Origin: Octopus sinensis
Lineage: Eukaryota
Assembly (NCBI RefSeq): GCF_006345805.1
Contig: NC_043002.1
Location: forward strand, 68,510,001-68,574,000
DNA: 64,000 bases
Direction: 5' to 3'
This document shows positions 63,826-64,000 of the stretch, piece by piece. Position numbers and translations under genes: made by a program. Under the pieces are notes generated by a model that was not told where the DNA came from, did not search any database, and saw only the letters and a list, made by a program, of their open reading frames with translations. How positions within the stretch are numbered: position 1 is the first letter of the stretch; each line of letters opens with the position of its first letter.

Positions 63826-64000
63826 ACTGAATAGTTTATAACTTAAAAAAGAATAATGGGGATGGGGAAGGGGAAATATCCAAGGAAGCTTGTTGCATGT
63901 AAACGATTAGTAAAGTTTCTTTTCTTTTCAGGTTATCTACAAAATTATCAGATGGAAATACTTCCTGCATATGAACAAAATATTCAACAAAGCTCTTGTT

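Overview
AT-rich, repeat-saturated eukaryotic DNA. The SINE, MITE and RTE repeat content, the (TA)n/(CA)n microsatellites and the gene content fit a coleoid cephalopod, most likely Octopus (inference). The one gene I can support firmly is Rab40 on the minus strand. Coding exon 1 is 52919-52760 ([35 protein letters not shown]...), exon 2 is 15650-15590 and exon 3 is 806-746. They join in frame at GT-AG junctions across introns of about 37 kb and 14.8 kb, and the remaining exons, including the expected SOCS box, lie left of the window. A CpG-rich promoter zone sits at about 52.9-54.2 kb. The rest is mostly transposon debris: three tRNA-derived SINE groups, RTE LINE 3'-UTR copies carrying a 26-bp minisatellite, RTE and CR1-type reverse transcriptase remnants, two TTAA/piggyBac-type MITE families, Tigger-like and hAT-like MITEs, a pogo transposase relic and a Helentron-like satellite array. 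Nearly all ORFs in the supplied track are repeat or microsatellite artefacts. The best leads are a minimal hammerhead ribozyme fold in the sense orientation of Rab40 intron 2, a possible ATG-bearing upstream micro-exon of Rab40, several fold-back/dsRNA structures in the introns, a LINE-SINE pair sharing a 3' tail, and exon-like segments on the plus strand (nested and divergent). I found no prokaryote-type system or CRISPR array. Repeat boundaries were set by eye and are approximate.
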